Below, in pieces: positions 1-11,673 of a DNA stretch of 64,000 nt. The notes beneath the pieces are model-generated. The model had not been told where the DNA came from. It did not search any database and saw nothing but the letters and a program-made list of their open reading frames with translations. Every line of letters starts with the position of its first letter. Position 1 is the first letter of the stretch. This DNA is from Candidatus Microgenomates bacterium (lineage in GTDB: Bacteria > Patescibacteriota > Microgenomatia > JACQLA01), in NCBI GenBank assembly GCA_016204255.1, contig JACQLA010000003.1, forward strand, positions 184,088-248,087, in the 5' to 3' direction. Both the position numbers and the translations under genes were made by a program.

Positions 1-1707
<1,707 letters not shown>

Positions 1708-1737
1708 AATTCTAAAATTTAAAAGAAGGAGTATTTT

Positions 1738-3786
1738 ATGCCTAGTTTTGTTCCATATATCTTACCTTTTTCTTTAGGAGCTTCTGTTCTTGCGCTTATT
1801 TATGGAAGTTTTTTGATCTGGCGAATTATTGCGCTTCCCAAGGGCGATAAAAAGATGACCGACATCGCCGAAGCGATTGCCGAAGGCGGATCGGCCTACC
1901 TAAAGAGGCAGTATACAATTGTCGCCTGGATCGCTCTTTTAATTTTCGTCATTTTAAGCTGGTTTTTGGGATTTGCCACCGGTGTTGGCTTTCTTTTGGG
2001 CGCCGGATTTTCAGCTTTGGCTGGTTTTGTGGGAATGAATATTTCCGTTCGGGCCAATGTTCGGACAGCGGAAGCAGCCAAAAAGGGGATAAAGGCCGCC
2101 CTAAATGTTGCCTTTCAGGGAGGATCGGTTACCGGTCTTTTCGTGGTCGGGTTAGGACTACTTTTGGTTGCGGGCTATTGGCTATTCCTGACGCAATTTT
2201 TGCAAACAACTATCGAACACGCTTTACGCGCTTTAATTGCTTTAGGTTTTGGGGGATCGCTGATTTCAGTTTTTGCCCGGCTTGGAGGCGGTATCTACAC
2301 TAAAGGTGCTGACGTGGGAACTGATATGGTCGGGAAAATTGAAAAAGGAATTCCCGAGGATGATCCCAGAAATCCGGGAGTCATCGCCGATCAGGTAGGG
2401 GATAATGTTGGTGACTGTGCGGGGATGGCTGCTGATCTTTTTGAAACCTATGTTGTAACGGCCGTAGCCACCATGCTTTTAGGGCATCTTATTTTTGGTG
2501 AAAACTTAGGCGTTATTCTTTACCCTTTAGCCATCGGTGGAGTGGCAATTATTGCTTCTTTACTTGGGACATTCTTTGTTGGGACAAACAAAACATCGGG
2601 TATCATGACGGCGCTTTATAAAGGCTTGGGCGCAGCGGTAGTTTTGGCCGTTATCCTTTTTTATCCCATTACTATCAATTTAATGGGAGGCAATCCTTAT
2701 TTTCCGGTGATGAACCTTTATTATTCATCCCTTCTTGGCCTTTTGACAACAGTAGGAATGGTTGTTATCACCGAATACTATACGGCCAAAAAATTCGGGC
2801 CGGTTTTAGGAATTGCCAAGTCTTCGGAAACCGGACACGGAACCAATATAATTGCCGGTCTTGCAAATTCCATGAAGTCAACTCTTTTACCGGTTCTTTT
2901 AATCGCCGGAGTAACATTGGCCTCATTTTCTTTGGCCGGGCTTTATGGTGTAACGATTGCCGCTATGTCGATGCTTTCACTAACGGGAATAATTATCGCT
3001 ATTGATTCGTTCGGACCGATAACTGACAACGCCGGCGGGATTGCGGAGATGGCCAATTTGGACGAGTCTGTTCGAAAAATAACTGACCCGTTAGATGCGG
3101 TAGGCAATACCACAAAAGCTATTACCAAAGGCTACGCCATTGCCTCAGCAGGACTGGCGGCTTTGGTACTTTTTGCATCTTACACTCAGGAATTAGGGCA
3201 AAAGGGACAGGCCGTTGCTCAAAATTTTGGTCAATTCTCCCTGTCGGATCCTAAAGTCCTGATCGGACTTTTTATTGGAGGAGCTCTACCTTATTTCTTT
3301 GGGGCCTTGGCCATGGAGGCGGTGGGTAAAGCGGGGATGGCCGTGGTTAGCGAGGTTCGAAGACAATTTAAAGAAATTAAAGGCTTGATGGAGGGAAAAG
3401 CCAAGCCCGAGTATGGCAAATGTGTCGATATTGTTACCAAAGCCGCTTTAAGAGAAATGATCGTGCCGGCTTTGATTCCGGTCTTAACCCCCATTTTGGT
3501 GGGTTTCATATTGGGACCTCAGGCACTCGGTGGACTTTTAATCGGAATTATTATCACCGGCCTTTTTGTCGCCATCTCGATGACCACCGGTGGCGCAGCC
3601 TGGGATAATGCCAAAAAATACATTGAAGAGGGGCACCTAGGTGGAAAGGGGTCATTTGCTCACCAAGCCGCGGTTACCGGCGACACCGTTGGCGATCCCT
3701 ATAAAGACACAGCCGGCCCTGCTATCAATCCGATGATTAAAGTGGCCAACATCGTGGCCCTGCTCATCGCCGGATTCTTAGTGTAA
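1738..3786 (+). CDS. hppA: Membrane-bound proton/sodium-translocating pyrophosphatase (H+-PPase)
   Basis: 682-aa polytopic membrane protein with the H+-PPase signatures [20 protein letters not shown] and [17 protein letters not shown]. An RBS (aaggag) lies 8 nt upstream of the ATG. Confidence 0.9.
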   Translation: MPSFVPYILPFSLGASVLALIYGSFLIWRIIALPKGDKKMTDIAEAIAEGGSAYLKRQYTIVAWIALLIFVILSWFLGFATGVGFLLGAGFSALAGFVGMNISVRANVRTAEAAKKGIKAALNVAFQGGSVTGLFVVGLGLLLVAGYWLFLTQFLQTTIEHALRALIALGFGGSLISVFARLGGGIYTKGADVGTDMVGKIEKGIPEDDPRNPGVIADQVGDNVGDCAGMAADLFETYVVTAVATMLLGHLIFGENLGVILYPLAIGGVAIIASLLGTFFVGTNKTSGIMTALYKGLGAAVVLAVILFYPITINLMGGNPYFPVMNLYYSSLLGLLTTVGMVVITEYYTAKKFGPVLGIAKSSETGHGTNIIAGLANSMKSTLLPVLLIAGVTLASFSLAGLYGVTIAAMSMLSLTGIIIAIDSFGPITDNAGGIAEMANLDESVRKITDPLDAVGNTTKAITKGYAIASAGLAALVLFASYTQELGQKGQAVAQNFGQFSLSDPKVLIGLFIGGALPYFFGALAMEAVGKAGMAVVSEVRRQFKEIKGLMEGKAKPEYGKCVDIVTKAALREMIVPALIPVLTPILVGFILGPQALGGLLIGIIITGLFVAISMTTGGAAWDNAKKYIEEGHLGGKGSFAHQAAVTGDTVGDPYKDTAGPAINPMIKVANIVALLIAGFLV

Positions 3787-3894
3787 GGAAATCCTAAACA
3801 AATCCAAATGACTAAAATCCAAAATAGTTTTGAGCATTTGATTCTTGAAATTATTTAGAATTTAGATATTAGAAGTTAGAAATTTATTTTTATT

Positions 3895-6426
3895 ATGAGC
3901 GATATTGGAAAAATACAAGCTGCTGAAATCACACAAGAAATGCAACGGTCCTATTTGGACTATGCAATGTCCGTTATTGTTTCTCGGGCCTTACCGGACG
4001 TTCGTGACGGTTTAAAACCCGTCCATCGCCGCATCCTTTATGCCATGCATCAGATGGGGCTTTCACACGCAGCAAAATACACCAAATCGGCTAAAATTGT
4101 CGGTGAGGTTTTAGGTAAGTATCATCCGCATGGCGATATGCCGGTTTATGATGCTTTAGTCCGGCTGGCTCAGGATTTTTCGATGCGCTACGCCTTAGTC
4201 GATGGACAGGGGAACTATGGATCGGTCGACGGCGATCCGCCGGCCGCCATGCGTTACACGGAAGCCCGCCTGACCGCGATTGCCCAGGAAATGCTTCTGG
4301 ATCTGGAAAAAGAAACCGTCGATTTTGTTCCCAATTTTGATTCAACTCTTAAAGAACCTGTCTTTTTGCCGGCCAAACTTCCGAATTTACTGCTTATGGG
4401 TTCGGAAGGTATCGCGGTTGGTATGGCCACCAAAATCCCTCCGCACAATTTAGGTGAGGTGATTGACGCCATTACCTTTATGATTGGGAAAGCCAACAAA
4501 AAAGCGGAAAACAAAATGGCGGATAAGACAGATCAACAAGCAAAAGAGAACAATGAAATTTCGGCTCAGTCATCCCTTAATTTTGATGTCTCGGTTGAAG
4601 ATCTGATGCAGTTTATAAAAGGCCCCGACTTTCCCACGGGAGCGGCAATTTATGACATCTCGGAAATTACCGCCGCCTACGCGACCGGTAAAGGAAAAAT
4701 TATTATGCGGGCCAAGGCCGAAATCGAGGATATCGGTCAGGGAAAATCAGCTATTATCGTTACGGAGTTACCCTATCAAGTCAATAAGGCTCAGCTTGTC
4801 GCCAAAATTGCAGAACTTGCCAAAGATAAAAAAGTTGAGGGTATTTCGGATTTAAGAGACGAATCAGACCGCCACGGAATCCGGGTGGTGGTTGAGTTAA
4901 AACGCGATACCCGACCGCGCACTGTTTTACAAAATCTTTTTAAACACACCGCAATGCAAACAACCTTTCCTGTCAACCTCGTGGCTTTGGTCGAAGGCAC
5001 GCCTCAAACTTTAACCTTGAAAATGGTTCTGGAAAAATATATCGATCACCGCCGCCAGGTGATTGTCAGGCGATCAGAATTTGAGCTAAAAGAGGCAAAA
5101 GCAAGGCTTCACATTCTTGAGGGATTAAAAATTGCGGTCGATCATATTGATGAGGTTATCGAAACTATTAAAAAATCCAAAGACGCCGATGAGGCCAAGG
5201 GAAAACTTATGGAGCGTTTTGGTTTGAGTGTTATTCAAGCCACGGCCATCCTAGATATGCAGCTTCGCCGCCTTGCGGCACTTGAAAGACAAAAAATTGA
5301 AGACGAGTATGAAATGGTCAAAGAGACCATCGCTTATCTTGAAGATTTATTGGCTCATCCGGAGAAAATTTTAGACTTAATAAAAAGCGAGCTTTTGAAA
5401 GTTAGGGAAAAGTATGTAGACGAGAGGAAAACTCGAGTTTATAAATCCAAACCAGGAGAATTTTCTGAAGAAGATTTAATCCCCAAAGAGAATGTGGTAA
5501 TCACTCTTAGTCAATCGGGATATATTAAGCGACAGTCCTTAAATACGTTTAATATCCAACAGCGGGGTGGCAAGGGGGTTATGGGAATGAAAACTAAAGA
5601 AGGGGATGAGATTGATCATATCCTTTCGGCGTCAACCCATGACAATATTTTGTTCTTTACTAATAAAGGTAAAGTCTATCAAATGCGGGTTTGGGACGTC
5701 CCAGAAGGAACAAGAATCTCTAAAGGACAGGCTATTGTTAATATTATAAACATCGAGCAGGGCGAAATGGTTAGCTCCATCTTAACTTATCCCTCAGACA
5801 CAAAAGGGGAGGGGAAATACATTTTTCTGACTACAGAAAAAGGAACGGTTAAGAAAACTGAACTTTCAGAATATACTAATATTCGTAGAACTGGACTTAT
5901 AACGATTAAGCTCGATAAAGATGATGAGCTTTGCTGGACGAAATTAACCTCCGGTAAAGACGACGTAATTCTGGTCACCCACGACGGTAAATCAATTAGA
6001 TTTAATGAGAACCAGGTACGACCGACTAAAAGAGATACGATGGGGGTACGCGGGATTCTCTGTGGTAAAGACGATTATGTAATCGGGATGGACATTGTTA
6101 AATCTGAAAAAGACGAACTTTTGGTTATTATGGAAAAGGGGTTAGGTAAAAAAACTACCCTTTCCGAATTTCCAAAACAAAGCAGAGGAGGCAAAGGCGT
6201 TAAAGCCTGTGAAACCACCCAAAGAACCGGTAAAGTTATCACCTCCCATATTATTGAACCCAATTGTGACTCCATTATTTTAACATCTGTTAACGGTCAG
6301 GTCGTTAAAATGCCCATAAGTTCTGTTCCCAAACTTTCCCGCGCTACCCAAGGCGTGATCCTGATGCGTTTTTCCGATCCGAAGGATTCATTGGCCGCGG
6401 CGACTTGCCTTACAAAAGAAAAGTAG
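3895..6426 (+). CDS. gyrA: DNA gyrase subunit A
   Basis: N-terminal [29 protein letters not shown] (catalytic Tyr region) and a C-terminal beta-pinwheel with repeated GxGKG motifs. 843 aa, with a short Lys/Asn-rich insertion near residue 200. Confidence 0.92.
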   Translation: MSDIGKIQAAEITQEMQRSYLDYAMSVIVSRALPDVRDGLKPVHRRILYAMHQMGLSHAAKYTKSAKIVGEVLGKYHPHGDMPVYDALVRLAQDFSMRYALVDGQGNYGSVDGDPPAAMRYTEARLTAIAQEMLLDLEKETVDFVPNFDSTLKEPVFLPAKLPNLLLMGSEGIAVGMATKIPPHNLGEVIDAITFMIGKANKKAENKMADKTDQQAKENNEISAQSSLNFDVSVEDLMQFIKGPDFPTGAAIYDISEITAAYATGKGKIIMRAKAEIEDIGQGKSAIIVTELPYQVNKAQLVAKIAELAKDKKVEGISDLRDESDRHGIRVVVELKRDTRPRTVLQNLFKHTAMQTTFPVNLVALVEGTPQTLTLKMVLEKYIDHRRQVIVRRSEFELKEAKARLHILEGLKIAVDHIDEVIETIKKSKDADEAKGKLMERFGLSVIQATAILDMQLRRLAALERQKIEDEYEMVKETIAYLEDLLAHPEKILDLIKSELLKVREKYVDERKTRVYKSKPGEFSEEDLIPKENVVITLSQSGYIKRQSLNTFNIQQRGGKGVMGMKTKEGDEIDHILSASTHDNILFFTNKGKVYQMRVWDVPEGTRISKGQAIVNIINIEQGEMVSSILTYPSDTKGEGKYIFLTTEKGTVKKTELSEYTNIRRTGLITIKLDKDDELCWTKLTSGKDDVILVTHDGKSIRFNENQVRPTKRDTMGVRGILCGKDDYVIGMDIVKSEKDELLVIMEKGLGKKTTLSEFPKQSRGGKGVKACETTQRTGKVITSHIIEPNCDSIILTSVNGQVVKMPISSVPKLSRATQGVILMRFSDPKDSLAAATCLTKEK

Positions 6427-6564
6427 ATTGCGTCAACCCCATAGAAATTTGCTTCCCGCACGTTAAAATGAGAAAATAGATTTGTAAATTTAATTTAAAC
6501 AAGTCTGACAAGGACAGACCCTGTACAGGGACGGATCTTGCAGATCTCATAGATACTTACGGTT

Positions 6565-7437
6565 ATGAAATTTGATGGTCGTGCTTTAGCTCAGAGAATT
6601 TTTCACAAATTGAGCGGAAAAATTAAGAATCTTGAAATTAAGCCACACTTGGTAGTAATTTTAGTGGGGGAGAACCCTGTCTGGGAGGCTTATGTCCGGC
6701 AAAAAAAGAAAAGAGGCGAAGAGATTGGAGCCAAAGTAACCATTGATCAGCAGAAAGAATTTATAACAACCCCAGAGTTAATTAAAGTTATCGAAAAACA
6801 CAACAACGATAGGGGAGTCCACGGAATTATTATTCAGCGCCCATTGCCGCCGCAAATTGACGGACAAGCCATTGCTCTGGCTGTTGCGCCCGCAAAAGAT
6901 GTCGATGGGTTTCATCCAGACTCGCCACACCCGATGCCAGTGGCTGATGCAGTCATGAAAATTCTTAAAGAAATCCAAGGTAATAATCAAGAATTTAATA
7001 AGTGGCTAAATTCTAAAAACATTGTCGTTATCGGCAAAGGGGAAACCGCGGGTGGACCGATTATTTCGGCTTTAGAAAAATTAGGAAACACACCAAAAGT
7101 AATAGACAGTCAAACTAAAAATCCCGAACTTTTGACCAAAAATGCCGATATTTTAATCAGCTGTGTGGGTAAAGAATCTGTTGTTACCCAAGAGATGCTT
7201 AAAAAAGGCCTGCCTGCCAATAGGCAGGGAGCTATTCTCATCGGTGTCGGCCTTCACAAAGATAACCAAGGAAAACTTGCCGGCGATTATGATGAAAATG
7301 AGATAAAAGATATCGCTGCCTTTTATACGCCTGTCCCCGGGGGTGTTGGCCCCGTTAATGTGGCCTGCCTTCTTGAAAATCTTGTCGGTGCCTGCCTCGC
7401 CGAGTCAAGGCGGGCCTGCCTCAAACAACAAAAATAA
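6565..7437 (+). CDS. folD: Bifunctional methylene-THF dehydrogenase / methenyl-THF cyclohydrolase
   Basis: FolD N-terminus (KFDGRALAQRI..., VVILVGENPVWEAYVRQKKK) and C-terminal TPVPGGVGPVNVACLLENL motif. 290 aa. Confidence 0.85.
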   Translation: MKFDGRALAQRIFHKLSGKIKNLEIKPHLVVILVGENPVWEAYVRQKKKRGEEIGAKVTIDQQKEFITTPELIKVIEKHNNDRGVHGIIIQRPLPPQIDGQAIALAVAPAKDVDGFHPDSPHPMPVADAVMKILKEIQGNNQEFNKWLNSKNIVVIGKGETAGGPIISALEKLGNTPKVIDSQTKNPELLTKNADILISCVGKESVVTQEMLKKGLPANRQGAILIGVGLHKDNQGKLAGDYDENEIKDIAAFYTPVPGGVGPVNVACLLENLVGACLAESRRACLKQQK

Positions 7438-7454
7438 CCTATATTTCGGGTTTT

Positions 7455-7560
7455 CATTTTGGGGAGCCCGCATAGACCGCGGGCGACTCCAGAATCTGAT
7501 TCTGGACAAGCTCGCCTCGCTAAAGCCTCGACGGAGCGGGCCAGAATGACAAGGGTACGA
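7455..7560 (+). other. GC-rich structured island in the folD to LuxR-like intergenic region. Hairpins gagcccgc..gcgggc and ccagaat-ctg-attctgg, with short direct repeats ccagaat / gacaag.
   Basis: Local GC is far above the flanking sequence. Several perfect short stems are present. Only spurious overlapping ORFs cover it in three frames. Confidence 0.4.
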
Positions 7561-7598
7561 AACTTGCATCTATTCAACATTTCAACCTGCTTATTTTT

Positions 7599-8150
7599 AT
7601 GTCTATTAAACAGGAAAGATTTATTAATGGTTTTGAAAAACCGCGGGAGGAATTACTTTCTCCAGGAGAGTTAGAAATTTTAAAACTCATGGCGCGCGGA
7701 TTAAGTGAAGCGGAAATTCATAAGGAATCAGGGATTCCTATTCAGCTTTTAAGACACCTTCTTTACCGCGATCCCGCCCATTACAAAAGTCCAAATGTAA
7801 AACAAAAGGGAATTCTTCCAAAACTCGGGGCTCAAAGTCGTGAACAAGCTGTCTTGAAAGCGCTTGATTTGGGTTTTTTAGATCTTGGAGAAATAGAACG
7901 AAAGTCTGGCTTTAATCTGGAAAGATACGCAGAGTTAGACGATAAAGAAACACAATTATTGAATGTGCTTGATGATTCCTCTCATTCTGGACGAAATCAG
8001 ATTCTCGCTGAAAGATTAGGCGTGGTAAGAGATACCGTTAAAGATCAATTGAGCAGTATCTACAGAAAATTAGAAGTTTCAAATAAGATGCAAGTCGCCC
8101 TTTTTCATCGAATTGTCAAATCAAAACCACCACTTCAGTTGCCAAATTAA
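7599..8150 (+). CDS. LuxR/GerE-type transcription regulator with two tandem HTH_LuxR domains (paralogue 1 of 3)
   Basis: N-terminal LSPGELEILKLMARGLSEAEI and C-terminal ETQLLNVLDDSSHSGRNQILAERLGVVRDTVKDQLSSIYRKLEV each match the LuxR HTH pattern. No receiver or ligand domain. Confidence 0.6.
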   Translation: MSIKQERFINGFEKPREELLSPGELEILKLMARGLSEAEIHKESGIPIQLLRHLLYRDPAHYKSPNVKQKGILPKLGAQSREQAVLKALDLGFLDLGEIERKSGFNLERYAELDDKETQLLNVLDDSSHSGRNQILAERLGVVRDTVKDQLSSIYRKLEVSNKMQVALFHRIVKSKPPLQLPN

Positions 8151-8222
8151 TCAAAATGGCCTATAATTGAGCATCAATTAGACGAGCCGCGTAAGACGCG
8201 GCGAAGTATAATAGAAAACCTT

Positions 8223-8759
8223 ATGACCATAGAAAGATACATACCGACTACTGCAGTTGAAGGCGAACAAAGCAGCCTTTTAACCTCCCGACAAATCGAG
8301 ATCCTTAAATTAGTAACCTATGGTTTGACTTATAAGGAAATCGCTGCGAGACTATTAATTTCAGATCAGACCGTCAAAAACCATTTAACTCAACGTTCAG
8401 AATTTGGATCGATCCCTAAAGGAATCTTTGATCGACTTAATGTACAAACTAGAGAACAGGCTGTTTTAAAAGGACTCGAATTAGGTTATTTAGATTTAAA
8501 CGATATTGTCGAAAATTCCGGTTTACAACTCAACAAAATTGTGTTACTCACCCCCAGAGAAATTGATGTTATACACAAGCTTTCTGATCCCGAATGTGTA
8601 GGGAATAATAAAGTCACTGCTAAATCGCTAGGAATTTCTCCCGCCACATTGCATTATCATATGGAAAATATCTGCAAAAAATTAGAGGTCAAAAACCGAA
8701 TTCAGGCGATGGTTTTTCACCTGGCAGTTAAAAGAGAATTGGGGGTAGTAAATGAGTAG
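8223..8759 (+). CDS. LuxR/GerE-type double-HTH regulator (paralogue 2 of 3)
   Basis: SRQIEILKLVTYGLTYKEIAARLLISDQTVKNHL plus a second C-terminal HTH. Shares the TREQAVLKGLELGYLDL linker motif with its neighbours. Confidence 0.6.
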   Translation: MTIERYIPTTAVEGEQSSLLTSRQIEILKLVTYGLTYKEIAARLLISDQTVKNHLTQRSEFGSIPKGIFDRLNVQTREQAVLKGLELGYLDLNDIVENSGLQLNKIVLLTPREIDVIHKLSDPECVGNNKVTAKSLGISPATLHYHMENICKKLEVKNRIQAMVFHLAVKRELGVVNE

Positions 8760-9288
8760 AGAAAGAGTTATAGATTATCCCCGCCAGAGCGTGTTAAGCC
8801 CGCAGAAAAGAGAAATTCTTGAGCGTGTAGCCATTGGTCAAACCAATGCTGAAATCGCCAGGGCATTTGGTAATGCGCTCGCAACAGTTGTAAGTCATCT
8901 GCGCGGGGAAAATAACTCAATTCAGCATCGATTAGGAGCACGAAGGCAAGGCCAGGCAATCCTTAAGGCGTTTGAAATGGGGGAGCTGGATTTAATAACA
9001 ATAGTTGAAAAATGTAACTTTGACTTTGACCGCTATAAAAAACTGATGCCAAGAGAAATTCAAGTTTTAGACAAACTTACCAATCCTTCTCGTCGAATGG
9101 GAAACAAAGATATCGCAGATGTAATGCATATCGGCCGCGATGCCGTCCGACTTTCTTTATACAGCATCGGGAAAAAATTAGGAGTCAGTAAGAGGGAAGA
9201 GATGATAGTTTTTCATCTGGCGGCTACAACTTATCCTTTTGAAAAATCGGTAAGATACAATGGGGTAGTTGAAGAATCGGGTTTTTAG
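8752..9288 (+). CDS. LuxR/GerE-type double-HTH regulator (paralogue 3 of 3)
   Basis: Same architecture. Overlaps paralogue 2 by 8 nt (translational coupling). The stop abuts the convergent purD stop. Confidence 0.55.
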   Translation: MSRERVIDYPRQSVLSPQKREILERVAIGQTNAEIARAFGNALATVVSHLRGENNSIQHRLGARRQGQAILKAFEMGELDLITIVEKCNFDFDRYKKLMPREIQVLDKLTNPSRRMGNKDIADVMHIGRDAVRLSLYSIGKKLGVSKREEMIVFHLAATTYPFEKSVRYNGVVEESGF

Positions 9289-10620
9289 TTACCGGGATAC
9301 TCCTCGCTGGCCGATGTCGGTACGATAATGCATGGGGACGAAGAAAATTTTCCCTTCGGGAACCTCTCCCTTCCGCATTTCTACCGTGGTAGCAATAGAC
9401 CGATAAGCTCGATTGGCAGCGATTTTTGGAGTTGAGCCAAGACCGGCAACAAGGGCCACCCGTCCGCCTGAAGTTAGGATTTTTCCATCTTCATTTCTGG
9501 TTCCCGCTTGAAAAACGACAACATCTCTTTTTTTGGCAACTTCTTCAAGCCCAAAAATTTCTTTACCCGTTTCGTACTCTCCCGGATAACCGCTGGATGT
9601 TAAAACCACACCAACACAATACTCATTCGACCATCGTAAAGGAGTCTTATCTAATCTTCCATCAACCAAAGCATCAAAAGCTTGGATAAGGGGAGTTTGG
9701 AGTAGGGGCAAGGCTCCTTGAGTTTCCGGGTCCCCGCCGCGGCAGTTTATTTCCAAAACTTTGGGACCATCTTTTGTCATCATCAAACCGGCATAGATAA
9801 ATCCTTTGTAGGGGCCCGAGTTTGCTCCCGCTTTTTGAACAATTGGTCTTAGAATCTGTTCAGTCAAAGGCCTTAGATCTTCCGGACTAATCACTTCCCA
9901 GAAGGGAGCAACAACACCCATTCCGCCGGTATTTGGACCCCTATCACCATCAGAAACCTGTTTATAATCCTCCATGGGAATTAGCGGCTGGATTGTCTCT
10001 CCGTCGGTTAAAGCAATTAAGGAAACTTCCCTGCCTTCAAGTTTTTCTTCGATTACCACGCGGTCGCCGGCCGAACCAAATTCTCTGTCAACCATCAATC
10101 TTTTCAAGGAATTTTGAGCTTCTTCAAGGGTTTGGCAAACGAAAACACCTTTACCTCCGCATAAACCATCAGCTTTTATCACCACCCCATCCCGCTCCCA
10201 AGCGGCTAAAAAATCTCGAGCATTCTGATAAATACTAAAGGTAGCAAAATCCGGCCCGGGAATACCCCAGCTGGCTAAAGCGTGTCGGGCATCTGCTTTA
10301 CTTGTTTCAAGTCTTGCAGCTGATTGTGTAGGCCCGACAATTCTTTGACCTCTATCGTTAAATTCATTGACGATTCCTTTTGCCAAAGGTTCTTCCGGCC
10401 CGACCACTGTCAGATAAATATTATTTTCCCGTGCATAATCGGCTAACTTTCGCGGATCATCTATTCCAATCCCAGCGTTTGTGCCGCTTTGGGAAAGATC
10501 CGCATTGCCGGGTTCGGTGTAGTGGATTTTCACAGTTGGATCTTTTCCCAAAGACCAAGCATAAGCACTTTCCCGAGCGCCATTCCCAACTATCAAAATT
10601 TTTTTAAGAGTTTCCGGCAT
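9289..10620 (-). CDS. purD: Phosphoribosylamine--glycine ligase (GAR synthetase)
   Basis: 443-aa ATP-grasp protein. N-terminal KILIVGNGARESAYAWSL and the overall PurD layout. Last gene of the minus-strand pur operon. Confidence 0.85.
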   Translation of the reverse strand: MPETLKKILIVGNGARESAYAWSLGKDPTVKIHYTEPGNADLSQSGTNAGIGIDDPRKLADYARENNIYLTVVGPEEPLAKGIVNEFNDRGQRIVGPTQSAARLETSKADARHALASWGIPGPDFATFSIYQNARDFLAAWERDGVVIKADGLCGGKGVFVCQTLEEAQNSLKRLMVDREFGSAGDRVVIEEKLEGREVSLIALTDGETIQPLIPMEDYKQVSDGDRGPNTGGMGVVAPFWEVISPEDLRPLTEQILRPIVQKAGANSGPYKGFIYAGLMMTKDGPKVLEINCRGGDPETQGALPLLQTPLIQAFDALVDGRLDKTPLRWSNEYCVGVVLTSSGYPGEYETGKEIFGLEEVAKKRDVVVFQAGTRNEDGKILTSGGRVALVAGLGSTPKIAANRAYRSIATTVEMRKGEVPEGKIFFVPMHYRTDIGQRGVSR

Positions 10621-10626
10621 AAATTA

Positions 10627-11661
10627 TTATCCCAATTTCGCGGCTTCTTCGCGAACAATCCCACGGACTCGCCTGTGAACTTCGATTATAGGAGAAAGGT
10701 CTTCAACTCCTGCGATTAAATTATAATTCCCTCTATTGGAATCCGGTTCCCACCATGCGCCTCCTTCCTTTTGGGGCCTCATAGTACGATTTTCTTGTGA
10801 TGAGACAAATCTATGTACTTCTGTTAAACCGCCTTCCGAGTGTTTTATGCAAAGGGGTAGTAAATCACGGAAATCAGTGGTTGCCAAAGCCACGTTACCT
10901 TCATTTAAAGCGTATTCGTTGGCGTTAAAAGCAACCGCAGTTCCGCCTTCATTTCTTACCGCCCCCAGCATTACCATATCGGTAATACTGTCTCCAACAA
11001 CTACAATATCTCCCAAACCCACTTTATTTTCTTGGCATATAGCATGCAAAGCTTCCACTTTCCGATTCCCACCATTAACTCTGACTTCATTTAATGGTTC
11101 AAGCCCGCTTTCTGGTAAAATTTCCCAGAAAAATTCATCTAACATCTCCTTGATTTCTTTATCTTTTCCTTCAATCGGGTAAAGTTCCCGAAGCATTCTT
11201 GCCTGTGTTCGCCCAACAAAAGAGAGTAGAGTGGGACTAAATCTTTGACCCAGCTCGTCTAAAGCAAAACGAGTGCAGTGGACATGGCTTTCCTCAACGC
11301 CTACCCGCTGGGCGATATTAAGGGCATGTGGTCTATAACTTGTAGAGTTGATGTAAACCTCCCAATCACTACTTCTCAACCAAGTAATGGCCTCTGGAGC
11401 ACCATTAACTAACATTGCGGTGTCAGAAACGCTTTTTATATCCTTCTCTTTTATTCCGTTATAAATCAGGTAGGGAGCGATTAAGGCTAGAGTGTCGCCT
11501 GGTTCATAATTCTCCCTTCCTTCTAATGTTAAAAGATCGTCATAGCGTGAAATAGCTTCAAAAATTTTGCCCCCATCTGGAATAAGCTTCATGAGTTCAT
11601 AGGCATTATCTTGCGGTGAAAGAGGACCTTCTAAATCGAAAACACCAATCTTTCTTTTCAT
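10627..11661 (-). CDS. HAD-superfamily (phosphoserine-phosphatase-like, C1-capped) hydrolase of unknown role, embedded in the pur operon
   Basis: Motif I VFDLEGPL (DxE variant), a conserved Lys in GGNRKVEAL, and motif IV VVVGDSITDMVML. 344 aa with a roughly 70-aa C-terminal extension. 6-nt and 12-nt gaps to purD and purEC. Confidence 0.5.
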   Translation of the reverse strand: MKRKIGVFDLEGPLSPQDNAYELMKLIPDGGKIFEAISRYDDLLTLEGRENYEPGDTLALIAPYLIYNGIKEKDIKSVSDTAMLVNGAPEAITWLRSSDWEVYINSTSYRPHALNIAQRVGVEESHVHCTRFALDELGQRFSPTLLSFVGRTQARMLRELYPIEGKDKEIKEMLDEFFWEILPESGLEPLNEVRVNGGNRKVEALHAICQENKVGLGDIVVVGDSITDMVMLGAVRNEGGTAVAFNANEYALNEGNVALATTDFRDLLPLCIKHSEGGLTEVHRFVSSQENRTMRPQKEGGAWWEPDSNRGNYNLIAGVEDLSPIIEVHRRVRGIVREEAAKLG

Positions 11662-11673
11662 TTTATTTCCTTT

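Noticed and set aside
1896-6275. Numerous 60-90-aa antisense or out-of-frame ORFs inside hppA and gyrA
   Set aside because: Embedded within well-supported long genes. No independent evidence.
7323-7674. Three overlapping small ORFs (85, 68 and 71 aa)
   Set aside because: Products of the GC-rich island lacking stop codons. Mutually exclusive frames, no RBS, no protein-like composition.
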